The position numbers and the translations under genes were made by a program. The notes beneath the pieces were generated by a model. That model saw only the letters and a list, made by a program, of their open reading frames with translations, was not told where the DNA came from and did no database searches. From Sedimentisphaerales bacterium (GTDB lineage Bacteria > Planctomycetota > Phycisphaerae > Sedimentisphaerales > Anaerobacaceae): a DNA stretch of 64,000 nucleotides. The number at the start of each line of letters is the position of its first letter. Position 1 is the stretch's first letter. This document shows, one piece after another, positions 10,498 through 21,928 of this stretch. The stretch lies in NCBI GenBank assembly GCA_963708075.1, contig OY970194.1, positions 2,432,001 to 2,496,000 on the forward strand. The letters are read 5' to 3'.

Positions 10498-13400
10498 TCA
10501 GTTGGCTGCGCCGGGCGAGGCGGTGGCGGCTTTCCAGTTGGCCGGGTCGTTGCCGTAGGTCGCCGGGTCAATCCGGTTCAGGGATGAGCCCTGGCCGTTC
10601 GCCCCGACGGGCCACAGGTCAACGCCACCGAGGAAATCGTCCGGATGCGCACCATCGCTGTAGGTGACACGATCCACGCGAATCCAATACCGCGTCCCAT
10701 CCATATCCTGCCCCCCCGGCCTGCTGAGCTGGACCTTTTCGCTTCCATTGGCCAGATTGCCGTGGCCCCAGGCGAGGATCTTCATCCCCGCCGGGACCGT
10801 GTATTTCGTGCCGAACAGGTTCAGATCTTTCACCAGCAGCAGGTACTCGCCGGGGGCCAACGTCACGGCCGGCTTCGCGGGCAACAACAGCTCGATCCCT
10901 GGATTTTCCGGGTCATTGCTGAATCGCCAGGAGGCCTTCTCTCCTGCATCGTACAGCGTGACAGAGTCGGCACTGATATTGAGAAGTTCCACGTACTCCG
11001 CGTCGGCAGGTATGCCCGGATTGTACATGATCTCATTGATCACGACCGGCCCCACCAACGGATCGGCGTTGGCCCGACCCGGCGTGGGCGCCTCCAAGGC
11101 TACGAAATCGTAGCCGCCCGTGCTCTTATGGTGGCGGCCCAGTGAAACGCCGGGGTCGGAGGCCTCGAATTTCTGCTGTTCGCTGTAGCCGGTCAGGACT
11201 CCTTCGGAGCCCGAATGCAGGTACACGGTTTCCCCGTCACCACTGAGGCGCGAACGGATCTCTGCAGCCCGGATCATCGGGATTGCCGAAGTGCTCATTC
11301 TCACCGAATACCAGATAGCCGCCGGCGGGAATGCTCGTGCCGGCCGCGATCCGATATTTCATCAGATCGTCCGCATCGTCGCTGAGGAACCAACCGCCGA
11401 TATCGATGGCCTGGCCGGTCGTATTGTACAGCTCGATCCAGTCCGGCCCGGCGCCCTGCGAGTTGGCCAGCAGCTCATTGATCACCACGGCTCCAAGCTC
11501 AGCCACCTGGCCTTCATCGCCGAAGCCCGGCGAGCCGCCCGCATGCACGCTGGGCCGCCACGAATCTGCCTCCCCGAGTGCGTTTGGGTCTGCCGTCGGC
11601 GGGTCCCTGAGCGTGAGGGAAAAACCCGGGCCGTCGGTGACATCGAACCAGTCGTCCTCGAAGCGGAAATCGTGAATAGCCGCGCCCGTGGCATCGAGCA
11701 GTTCGAGCCGCTCGCCCGCATTATTCAGACTGCCCGCGTATTCCCCTGCCACGGGCAATCCTGCCCCGTACTTCCCACCGAACGCAACCGTGTCCTTGAC
11801 TACGAGGCAATAGCCGCCGGGAGCCAGAATGTAGCTGGGGAACGTGAAATCGACGCCATTGGCGAACTTCACCAGTTTCAGGTTGATCGTTTCGGCGCCG
11901 ACATTGGTCAGCTCGATGTACTCGGTATTCGGATCGTCGGGACTGCCTGTGTCGAGCGGGTGGTACATGATCTCGCTGATCCGCAGGCTTTGGGCCACCG
12001 GGCCAACCGCATACACCGTCTCGTTCAACGCGCTCCACCGACCATCAAAGGTCCGGGCCTTGATATGCGTGCTCTCGGTCAGTTGCACAGGGTTGCCGAA
12101 CTGGATTGCCGTCGGCGAGACGGCCCCCTGGCTGATCTCTCCCGCCACCAGCTCCACGGAGAGCAGGAAATCGGAGCTGTCAAGGGGCGTGTTGAGACCG
12201 TGGATGGCCAGCAGGTTCGTGCCCTCCCAGAGCAGACTCGCATAATCGGAGATGTCGAAGCTTGCCCACGCCATGGCGGCCTCATCCGCATTGCCACCGG
12301 AGGCGAGGGAGTTCCACTGGGGCTCGCCTGTGAAGTTCAGGCGGGCCACCTCCGCTCCGTTCAGGTAGGCCACGAAACCGTCGTCGCAGCGGACTTTCAA
12401 TATCGTGTTGGAGAACCCCGTCTTGCTCACTGTGAACGGAATGCGGATGTAGCAGCCTCCATTGATCCTGTACATCTGGCTCTGCACGTCGATGCCGATG
12501 TAATCACGGTAGCCTGTGCCCGCCTCGTAGCCGACGCCGCCGGTCCCGGCCGTCCACGAGGAATCATCGAAGAGATTCGCGTACCAGACATTGCCTTCCC
12601 CGACTTGCAGCCCACCGGCACTGACGTCGCCGACGAGGCGGAACTGGTTGGCGTTGAACGAGGTGATGTTGCCTCGCGCCGCGAACAGCTCGAGCTCGGA
12701 GCCGCCGCCCCGCTCGTAGAAGACCAGCCGCAGGTCATGTGACCCTGCCTCGGTGACATTGAAAACGGTCAGCGTATCGCCCGGTCCCCGCGGATCTGGG
12801 TAGGAGCTCGTGTACGTCTTGCCCTTCCTGGTCAGCGTCATCGAGAAGCCGTCATCGCTGTTGACGCCAAAGGTCCATTCGCCTGTCGCCGGGATCATCA
12901 CCTTGCCCGTCACGAGAACCACGAAGTCCTCGACATCGGCATCCAGGGTCGTGCCCGGGAAGGGTCGGTCGTTGTCGAAATTGCCTAGGCTGCCCGTGTT
13001 GAAGTAGTTGATAACCCTGGCCTGCTCCCTGGCCACGGCGGCCTGCTGCGTGGGATTGGCGATGACGCCTTCAGCCGCCGCAATGCTATCGACGGCCACG
13101 GTAGCCTTGTAGTACGTGACCTGGAAACCGGCCGGGATGTTGCTGAGCAGATTGCCGCCGTTGGCCACACTGGGGACCAGGACCCGCTTCGGCGCATTCT
13201 CCGCGAGCAACGTGACGATCTTGCCGTCCGTGGATTGCCACGCAGGCACGCGAGGATCGCTGCCGTCCGTGGTGTAGTACGCGCGTCCCCTGGCAACACT
13301 CATGGTGAGCAGACTGTTGGACGGGACCATCCCGCCCTGCCTCGGTGTACCGTTTATGCTGAATACCGGGACGGGCGTTGTGGGGTAAAGACCCGCATTC

Positions 13401-16400
13401 TTCAACTGGTTCTGCACGATCGCCGGACGCTGCGGCATGTACGTGCCCAGGATGTAATCCCGCATTTTACGCCAGTCGGCGAGTGTGTACGGTGTTGCAC
13501 TGGACTGATCTCCCCACCGCGCCGACTCCGCGATGATCGACAGCTCGACCTGATCCGCCAGTTTCTTGTAGCGCGCGTACGAAGGCCCGAAGGTCGCGGG
13601 CCCGTCGTTGAAGAGATGCTTCTGCGTGTGATCGCCGAAGAGCAGACAGAACTCGGAATTCTGTCGCAGGGCGGCGTAGGGAATCGCGGCGCCATCCCTC
13701 ACATTGGTCACGTTGGCGTTGAGGTCGGACCAGATGACAATCGCCCCCTCCGCATCCCAGTTGAAGAATTTGAAGCCCGTGGAATTCGGGGGCCGGCGGC
13801 AGGCGGCATAATAGTTGTGCCCCGGCCAGTCGCCCGTGCCGCCCCAGAAGTTGGAGAACATGTAGTCGATGTAATTATCGACGTCGAGCAGATCGTCATA
13901 GGCGGGGTTGCGGATCCCGTCCGGGTTGTTGCCCTGGATTCTCTGGTAGGAGGCAGGGTCGGACAATCCCGCCCGGGACCGGCTGAGCATGGCGTTCCAC
14001 GTGGTCAGATTGCCGTCGCCCCTGGCCTCGCCGCGATTGACGGCATCCCACTCTTCCTCGTCCCCTCCGAAATAGGCGGCGCAGAAGGATTCGACCGGTC
14101 GCTCCGTCAAGTTGTACAGGCCCCAGTACAGCCCGTTGAGATACAGGTGCACGAACGTCCCATGGACAGCGACCTGGCCCAGCGACAATTGGGTCCGCCG
14201 CATGAACTCATCGATGATATATTGTGTGTTGGCCCGGCCCCAGTCATTCCAGCCATCGTTGGCCCCGGCTCGCAGAATGATCATGTCGAAGCTGGTGGTC
14301 GCGTCGTCCTCCTCGAACAGCTTGAAATCCAGCTTCGTCGGGCCATAGTCACGTTTGAACAACAAGCGGAACGACTTCTTGCGGGTCAGATTGTATCCAC
14401 GGAACGCACCGCCGTAGATCCGCAGCCCCGCATCGACGTGAAAGCCCGTCGTGCCGTCGGGGTTGATCCACTCGACAGACACAGGGCGTTCCCACTGAGT
14501 GCCCTGGCCCCACGGATCCGCGTGAAGCCCCTGCGCCCGAACAGATTGTCCACGGTGCTCACGACAGACATCGTGGGCAGGGACAGCAGGGCCGGCTTGA
14601 GCTGATTCCGATACTGCGCGTTGTTCACAACATCCGGGTCCATCTCATAGTCGGCGTTGGTGGAGCCCCACAGTGCCGGGAAGCTGAGCGGATTTTTCGG
14701 CTGTTGCAGCACCTTGTCGAGGAAGATGAACGTGTGTGTCTGCACAGGACTTGACATCCAACCCGGCTTGAACGCAGCTACGCGCAAGCAGGTCGTCGTG
14801 CTTATGGTGATCGGGCCCGAGTACGTCAGGCCGCTGATTTCCGTTGGCTTTGTTCCATTCGTCGTGTACCGGATCGCGGCCCCGGGCGTATCACAGAAGA
14901 TGCTCAGCGGGAACGACGCCGAGTAGAAGCCTCGCTCGCGGCTGAGCTCGGGCGTGGCCACAAGATCGACAGCCCCGGAGACATTGGCCTGGCCGGGCGT
15001 CGGCGTGACGAAGTACTGTGGAATCCTGATCTGTCCGGAGGCGCCCAGTTCCGGCGCAGCCAGGAAGACCGAATTGGCTTTGTCATCATTGAGCCCCTGG
15101 ATCGCGAGCACATTGCGGCCATCGCGTAGCAGGCCCTTGTGCCGGGAGAGGTCGAGCACGGCCGGATCACCCATCAGCAGATCGGAACGATCACTGTCGG
15201 CTCTGGAGTCCCAGCGAGGCGTGTCCGTGAAATTCGCCCTTGCCACTTCCGTGCCGTTGAGCCAGGCCACGAAGCCATCCTCGTACCGCATTTGCAGCCG
15301 CAGCGAGTTGAAGAACGCCGTTTCTTCGGCGTCGAACTCCGCACGCACCCACACCGACGCGTTCACGCCGAGCATCCTGTCCCTCAACAGGTTGTTCGTC
15401 TGGCTCCCGAAGGTCACATTGTTGAACGCCGCGACGGTGGTCGTGCCCGTGGCGTGGGAGGTCACGCACATGCCCATGTAGGCATCCTGACCCATGGCAA
15501 TCACCTCGGTGCCCTGCTGCACCCAGTTGATCCCGTTCGGGGAACAGTAGCCGCTGAAGACGTTGCCTCGCCGAGTGATCCGGACCCAATAGGGAGGTTT
15601 GAAGGCATTGCCCTGCGCCGCGGTGGTGGCGCCGCCCACGGCCGTGCGCCGCAGGAAGGCCGTGCCGCTTCGCGGGGAGACAACCTGGGTGGCATGCCGG
15701 GAGTTCGCAGCGAGCGTCTCGCGGATCATAACCCCGGCCTTGGCCCAAGCGTCTGTATCGATCACGGCCATGACGAGCGCCGTCAACTCACCGTCGCCCC
15801 GGACGGGCATATAAAGGTAATAGAACGAATCCGCGGAACCGCCGATGTCCGCACCGTCGCCAAAGACCATGAATGTCGTCGCAGTGGGCAAGTTGTGACC
15901 ACCGGGGATGGCGACATTGCCGATATCCCGGCCCACCAACTGCGAGGTCTGCGAGAAACCCAGGCTGGCGGTCGCTGTGGGCCAGCCGTCGTCGTTGAAG
16001 CCCACGGCCGTCCAATCCCGTTCCGCATCCTCGGGAAGCGGGACATGGTAGGCCACTGTCGAGCCGGAGCTGATGAACTGCGCGGCCGACTGGCCCAGAC
16101 CGTACGAGACATCCGTCAGTTGCTCAGGGTAGCCCGGATCGTACTCGTCCGCCACGGTGCGGCCGTCGCTCTTCACCAGGGCCAGGTAGCCCCCCGCGGC
16201 GGCCAGTTGGAAATTCGTGTGCAGCTCCCCTGCCGTCCGGTCTTTGCCGGAGGCAAATACGATCAGATAGCCATTCGGATTCAGTTTCGTCCCGCTGGGA
16301 AATTGCCACTTGGTCAGGTTGCCGCTGTTATCCGTCAGGTACCACCCGCTGAGATCGAAGATTCGGTCGGTCGGATTGTACAGCTCGATCCAGTCGGACG

Positions 16401-16744
16401 AGTCCCCGTCGGCATCAAGGAGTTCCCCTCCCACGAGCGGCAGGCGGCTGCCGTTGCTGGCCAGGAATTCGTTGATGACCGGGGTCTCGTCGTTGGTGCG
16501 CCAGTTCCGTCCCAGCCGCGAGAAATCGGCCAGAGTCACCTCGCCGTCGCCATCCAGGTCCGCCGGGCACCCCAGGGTCTCCGCATTCGGCATCCAGCCA
16601 GCTATCGGCGAGGATTCGCAGGTCGACAAAATCGACCTTGCGGTCGGTGTTGAGGTCCCCCACCGGGTAAACGGCCGCCCCCGCTGTAAGAGTCCCTAAG
16701 ATGCTCAACAATACGACCAGGCGCCTGTCTCTCATGCGGAACAT
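10498..16744 (-). CDS. Very large secreted lamin-tail-domain / CotH-kinase / PA14-like protein (three frameshifts near 16575, 14535, 11250)
   Basis: Signal peptide and dockerin-like GDLNxD/ADLDGDG; repeated lamin-tail motifs (INEFLASN...DWIELYN; ISEIMYHP; INEIMYNP); YTTDGSDP chitobiase-like domains; CotH motifs (HLYLNGLYWGLYNLTER, DWPGHN, WDAE); FGVNSDDG. Four ORF pieces join in order. Confidence 0.85.
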
Positions 16745-16829
16745 CTCCTCCGGTACACTTCGTTGCCACGACAGCGGCTACTGACTATATCGGTCGAATA
16801 GTGCTGTAAGTCCTGAGATCCATGCGTCC

Positions 16830-16859
16830 ATTATATCATTTTGCACGCATCGCCGTCAA
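16830..16859 (-). promoter_or_regulatory. Sigma-70-type promoter of the lamin-tail gene
   Basis: TTGACG-N18-TATAAT with extended -10 TG on the minus strand. Confidence 0.6.
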
Positions 16860-16964
16860 AACGTTATCGGCCCACGTGCCATACATTGCTCATCGACTGC
16901 ATGTCATCTGCCGATAAAGAGGTAGAACCGTAAATGCAAGCAGTGAATCACGCAGGAGCATGGC

Positions 16965-18371
16965 ATGCAGGCAAGACTCAGGTTCCTCGGGGCCGCTCAG
17001 AATGTCACGGGGTCACGGCATTTGCTGGAGATCGATGATACGAGGATCCTGGTCGATTGCGGCCTGTACCAGGAGCGGCAGTTCGCATCGCGCAACTGGG
17101 ACCCGTTCGACGTGCCGCCGGCGAGCATCGACGCCGTGCTATTGACCCATGCACACCTGGACCACTCCGGCCTGCTGCCCAAGCTGGTGAGGGAAGGCTT
17201 CAAGGGACGCATCTATTGCACGCCGGCGACGGCGGAAATCGCACGCATCATCCTGCTCGACGCGGCGAATATTCAGGAAGAAGACGCGGCCTACAAACGC
17301 AAGAGGCACAAGAAGGAGGGACGCCAAGGTCCCTTTGGCGATGTGCCCCTGTACACTGTCGAGGATGCGCAGCGTTGCACGCCGCTGTTTGAAGGCGTGC
17401 CCTACGGGGAGCAAGTGGAAATCGCTCCGGGCGTGCAGGCGATGTTCTCCGATGCCGGTCACGTGCTCGGTTCCTCGTTCATTCATGTCGCTGCCCATCG
17501 CGATGGCGACACCAAACACGTGCTGTTCTCGGGCGACGTGGGCCGGGCGAATCGGCCCTTCCTGAACGATCCGGATGCCGCCGGAGACGGTGATTACGTG
17601 CTCGTCGAATCCACGTATGGGGACCGCGTGCACGGCGGGCCGGAGGATATCAAGGCCGCCATCGCCGAGGTCGTCAACGCGACCAGGGCCGCCGGGGGAA
17701 ATATCATCGTGCCGAGCTTCGCCCTGGAACGATCCCAGGAACTGCTCTACTACATCGATGAGCTGCTAATTCGGGACGCCATCCCACAGATCATGGTCTT
17801 TCTCGATAGTCCGATGGCGGGCGCGATCACGAGAGTGTTCCAGCGACATCCGGAGTTGTTCGACAGCCAGATGCATCAATTCATCAAGAAGAATGGCTCG
17901 CCGCTCAGCTTCCCGGGACTCAAGATTACCGAGACCACGAAGGAATCGAAGGCAATCAATCACATCAAGGGCACGATCATCGTCATCGCCGGCTCCGGCA
18001 TGTGCACCGCCGGCAGAGTCAAGCACCATCTGGTCAACAACATCTCCCGCCCGGAGAGCACCATCATGTTCGTCGGTTACCAGGCCACCGGCACGCTCGG
18101 CAGACGCATCGTTGACCGCGACCCCGAGGTCCGCATCCTCGGCCAGAATTATCCGGTCAAGGCCCGCATCGTCCAGATCCAGGGGTTTTCCGCTCACGCC
18201 GACAAGGAAGAGTTGCTGCAATGGTTGAAGTCGCTGAGTAAGCCGCCGCACAAACTCTTCATCGTGCATGGTGAAGTCACAAGCGCCATGCATTTCGGCC
18301 AGTTCATCCGCGAAAGAACCGGCTGGGAGGTCGCCGTACCCGCCTACCGGGAAGAGGCGATCCTGAACTGA
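16965..18371 (+). CDS. Beta-CASP metallo-beta-lactamase family ribonuclease
   Basis: FLGAAQNVTGS, THAHLDHSG, AGHVLGS, FSGDVG, ESTYGDR, AGSGMC, FSAHAD, VHGE. Confidence 0.93.
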   Translation: MQARLRFLGAAQNVTGSRHLLEIDDTRILVDCGLYQERQFASRNWDPFDVPPASIDAVLLTHAHLDHSGLLPKLVREGFKGRIYCTPATAEIARIILLDAANIQEEDAAYKRKRHKKEGRQGPFGDVPLYTVEDAQRCTPLFEGVPYGEQVEIAPGVQAMFSDAGHVLGSSFIHVAAHRDGDTKHVLFSGDVGRANRPFLNDPDAAGDGDYVLVESTYGDRVHGGPEDIKAAIAEVVNATRAAGGNIIVPSFALERSQELLYYIDELLIRDAIPQIMVFLDSPMAGAITRVFQRHPELFDSQMHQFIKKNGSPLSFPGLKITETTKESKAINHIKGTIIVIAGSGMCTAGRVKHHLVNNISRPESTIMFVGYQATGTLGRRIVDRDPEVRILGQNYPVKARIVQIQGFSAHADKEELLQWLKSLSKPPHKLFIVHGEVTSAMHFGQFIRERTGWEVAVPAYREEAILN

Positions 18372-18421
18372 CCACGCCGCTCGGGCCAATCACTTCTGCA
18401 TTCATGTGAATAGCCGCAGGC

Positions 18422-18576
18422 CAGGGCTATCGCATCTAAATTGGCCAGCCGCGATTCCTTGTTCAGAAACGCAGGTTGGTTCAGGTGATTGACGACCGCA
18501 ATGTCAGGTTGGCCACCATCCGATCAGCGTTTTCGGGGCCAAGAGGGCCAGCTCGAATTTAGATGCGATAGCCCTG
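18422..18576. mobile_element. 155-bp MITE with ISAs1-like terminal inverted repeats
   Basis: Perfect 21-bp TIR cagggctatcgcatctaaatt / aatttagatgcgatagccctg; perfect 10-bp flanking direct repeat agccgcaggc. Confidence 0.88.
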
Positions 18577-18716
18577 AGCCGCAGGCTTAGGCTCCTTGAA
18601 TGTACCGCATATCGGTGGTAGCATGGACTATTGATTGTTCGAACCATGTTTTGGATATGCGGGACCGACAGGAACGGGACGAACACGGCCCGCCGGATGA
18701 AATGAGGTGAGCGTCT

Positions 18717-20111
18717 ATGAGCGATAGGAAGACCGGGAACATCACTCGCAGGGATTTGCTGGGCGGGGCTGCGGCGGCAGCGGCTTTCACTGTGGTGCCG
18801 AGCCACGTACTTGGCGGCGCCGGCAATGCGGCGCCGAGCGAGAAGGTCAACGTGGCGATCATCGGCACGGGCGGCCAGGGCACCGTGAACATGAAACAGC
18901 TCTTCAACGAGCCCGACGTGCGCATCGCCGCCCTGTGCGACATTAACGAGGTCAGCGACTACAGCATGTTCTACTACGGCGGCACAGCCGGCCTCAACCC
19001 CGCCATGGAGCTGGTCCAGCAGAAGTACGGCCAGCCTTGCGCCACCTACCACGACTACAACGAGATGCTCGACAAGGAGGATATTGACGCCGTCCTTGTC
19101 GCCACGCCGGACCACTCGCACGCCGTGGTCTCGCTGGCTGTCCTCGCCAAGAAGAAGCACCTGTACTGCGAGAAGCCCCTGTGCCGCACGGTCTATGAAA
19201 CCCGTATCGTCACCGAGGCAGCCCGCAAGGCCGGCGTCGCAACGCAGCTTGGCAACTTCGGACACTCCAGCGAGGATATCCGCCTTACCTGTGAATGGAT
19301 CTGGGATGGCGCGATTGGCGACGTCCGCGAGGTCCATGCCTGGACGAACACGGGCGCTCGCCGCTGGAGCGATCTCACAGACCGGCCGAAGGACACGCCG
19401 CCGGTGCCCGCCGGTTTCGACTGGCAACGATGGCTCGACCCCGTTCCGCCCCGACCCTACCACCCCGATTACGCCCCGGTCCGCTGGCGCGCCTGGTGGC
19501 AGTTCGGCTCGGGCACGATCGGCGACTTCGCCTGCCATCACCTGGACCCGGCCTTCTGGGCCTTGAAGCTGGACCAGGTGGATCGCTTCCAGGTCGAGGC
19601 CAGCTCCTACGGCACGACCGAGGAGGTCTGCCCCGCCGCGTCGCTCATCTACTTCGACGTCCCCGCCCGCGCGGGCATGGCGCCGGTCCGCATCACGTGG
19701 TATGAAGGCGGAGTGATGCCGCCGCGACCGGCCGAGTTGGAGGAAGGCAGGAGCGTCGAGGACAACGGCATTCTCTTCATCGGCACCAAGGGCAGCATTC
19801 TCGGCGAGGGCTGGGGACGCTCACCGCGCATCATCCCGGAGGCGAAGATGCGAGCCTACAAGAGGCCACAGAAGACCCTGCCCCGCGTCGCCGGCCACCA
19901 TCGCAACTGGCTCGACGCCTGCAAAGGCAAAGGCCGGCCGAGCACACATTTCGACTACTCCGGCCCGCTCACGGAATTCGTCCTGATGGGCAATGTCGGC
20001 CTCCGTGCCGGCAAGAAGCTCGACTTCGACTGGAAGAAGATGATAGTGACCAACGTCCCCGAGGCCAACAAGTTCATCAAGCCGGTCTACCGCGAAGGCC
20101 GGACGCTGTAG
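18717..20111 (+). CDS. Tat-exported Gfo/Idh/MocA oxidoreductase
   Basis: TRRDLL Tat signal; IIGTGGQG, ATPDHSH, YCEKP, GTIGDFACHHLD. Confidence 0.92.
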   Translation: MSDRKTGNITRRDLLGGAAAAAAFTVVPSHVLGGAGNAAPSEKVNVAIIGTGGQGTVNMKQLFNEPDVRIAALCDINEVSDYSMFYYGGTAGLNPAMELVQQKYGQPCATYHDYNEMLDKEDIDAVLVATPDHSHAVVSLAVLAKKKHLYCEKPLCRTVYETRIVTEAARKAGVATQLGNFGHSSEDIRLTCEWIWDGAIGDVREVHAWTNTGARRWSDLTDRPKDTPPVPAGFDWQRWLDPVPPRPYHPDYAPVRWRAWWQFGSGTIGDFACHHLDPAFWALKLDQVDRFQVEASSYGTTEEVCPAASLIYFDVPARAGMAPVRITWYEGGVMPPRPAELEEGRSVEDNGILFIGTKGSILGEGWGRSPRIIPEAKMRAYKRPQKTLPRVAGHHRNWLDACKGKGRPSTHFDYSGPLTEFVLMGNVGLRAGKKLDFDWKKMIVTNVPEANKFIKPVYREGRTL

Positions 20112-20119
20112 AGAGAAGC

Positions 20120-20189
20120 ATTGGTCCTATTGGTCCTATGCGTCCTATAGGTCCTATGTGGACGTCGTGGACGTATAGGACCTATAGGA
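20120..20189. repeat. 9-bp tandem repeats folding into a hairpin between convergent genes
   Basis: Units attggtcct/atgcgtcct/ataggtcct, then inverted ataggac units; 15-bp stem 20143-20157 with 20175-20189. Confidence 0.7.
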
Positions 20190-20204
20190 TTGCAGGCGAT
20201 CCTC

Positions 20205-21569
20205 TCAGTCTTCCGGCAGCGGCTTGCCTTTGGTTTCGGGCGCCCAAATCAGGGCGAACAGTCCCAACGCGAAGATGAACGACAGCATGGTCGCGGCCTT
20301 GCGGAATGGCTCGTTGACGTTGTGCTGCAGCAGTTGACCGTTCAGGAACATGAGCATCGGCGGGAACCCGGCGGCCAGATAGCGCACCGTGTTGTAGCAG
20401 AACCCCACGCCTGTGCCCCGTAGCCGTGTCGGGAAGATCTCCGGGAAGTAGATCGAATAGCCGCCGAACACCGACAGATGGGCAAAGCCCAACATGGGCA
20501 GCATCCAGTAGGCATCGGTGGCGGATTTCAGGCTATTGAAGACGAAGATGGTCACGACCAGGCAGAGAGTGAAGGCGCCACCAAAGGCCAGACGCCGCCC
20601 CACACACGTCGCCACAATGGTAAAGGTCATCATCCCCAGGAAGGACCCTACATCCTGCAGAGCCGTGCCGTAGCCGCGAACGACATCGATAACATTCTGC
20701 GGCTCTCCTTTGAGGGCAGTGGAGATCAGCTCCGGTGTGAAGAAGCCGATGCCCCACAGCCCCGCCATGCCGGCCAGTCCCAGACACACCCCGACGAAAA
20801 GGTTCCGCCGCCAGACCGGGTGGCGCAACAGGTCGGGGATCGAGCCGAAGCGTTTATCTTTATCCAAGCCTTGGGCGGCCCTGCGCTTGGCCTCCTTCCA
20901 ACGCTCAGGCTCGCGCAGAACGAAAATCATGGGCACAACGAGCAGGGCCGGAAGAATTCCGACGAAGAACATGATCCGCCAGCCGGACATGCCATGCCAG
21001 AAGTCCGCCTGGCCCGGCCGAATCTGCGTGCTCAGCAGCGAGCCGACGATATTGCCGCAGGCCGACAGCGCCTGGAGCGAGCCCAAGGCAATCGCGCGAA
21101 ACCGGCTGGGAACGCTCTCCGCCACGAGCGTGGTGGCTGCTCCAAACATGCCTCCGACGCCCAAGCCGACGAGAAAGCGGTAAATCAGGAACTCGTAACC
21201 GGAGTGGGCCATACCCGACAAGCCCGTGAACCCGGAATAGATCAGCAGCGTTACGACCATCGTTTTAACACGGCCCCATCGATCGCTCATCATTCCGAAG
21301 ATGATGCCGCCGGTGGCCCAGGCGATCATCATCACCGCGGTGGCCCAGCCGCTCCAATCCTTCACCACGGCATCGGTGGCTCCGACGCCGAGCACCTCCC
21401 GCAGGGCCGGCTCACGGGACAGGATGAAGATCCGCTGGTCCATGCAATCGAACAGCCAACCGCACGAGGCGATGATCACGACCAGCCAGTGGTAGGCGTT
21501 GAGTTCCGTCCACCAGGGTCTTGCGGCGGCGATTTGGCCCATCGGAATGGATTCGGCGGATTCAGCCAT
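20205..21569 (-). CDS. MFS transporter
   Basis: Many hydrophobic helices; FGMMSDRWGR motif A; RFLVGLGVGG; PEIFPTRLRGTG; PETKGK. Confidence 0.93.
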   Translation of the reverse strand: MAESAESIPMGQIAAARPWWTELNAYHWLVVIIASCGWLFDCMDQRIFILSREPALREVLGVGATDAVVKDWSGWATAVMMIAWATGGIIFGMMSDRWGRVKTMVVTLLIYSGFTGLSGMAHSGYEFLIYRFLVGLGVGGMFGAATTLVAESVPSRFRAIALGSLQALSACGNIVGSLLSTQIRPGQADFWHGMSGWRIMFFVGILPALLVVPMIFVLREPERWKEAKRRAAQGLDKDKRFGSIPDLLRHPVWRRNLFVGVCLGLAGMAGLWGIGFFTPELISTALKGEPQNVIDVVRGYGTALQDVGSFLGMMTFTIVATCVGRRLAFGGAFTLCLVVTIFVFNSLKSATDAYWMLPMLGFAHLSVFGGYSIYFPEIFPTRLRGTGVGFCYNTVRYLAAGFPPMLMFLNGQLLQHNVNEPFRKAATMLSFIFALGLFALIWAPETKGKPLPED

Positions 21570-21928
21570 CTGCTATTCTCCTTGTCTACATGCGGCCCCC
21601 GCCCTCGGGGGTAACGGTGTAAATTCCCCCGCCGGCAGCCGGGCTACCCACAATAAACGGATACGCCTGCGGGTCCACCCGGCCAATGACACGGACGCAC
21701 GGGCCGGTTGCGGATGTCCCAAGGCACAACCGCGACACAGTGTATCCCCAAGCCACCCGAAAGGAAACTGATTTTTCCTCACGCCGGGGAGCAGTTTGAC
21801 CGTGATGCGGCTTCCACCTGCAGTCCGAGACGGGGAAACACTCACATCAAGGAAGGAAAAACCCACCTTCTCTCTTCTGATTGCGGACCAGTGTGCCGCG
21901 TATCAAGGTTCGTGTTTAAGGAGTGCGT

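Noticed and set aside
11291..16653. Several 450-500-aa plus-strand ORFs
   Set aside because: Antisense to the lamin-tail/CotH gene with no recognisable domains
20120..20189. Possible CRISPR array
   Set aside because: Units are 9 bp without spacers and there are no cas genes
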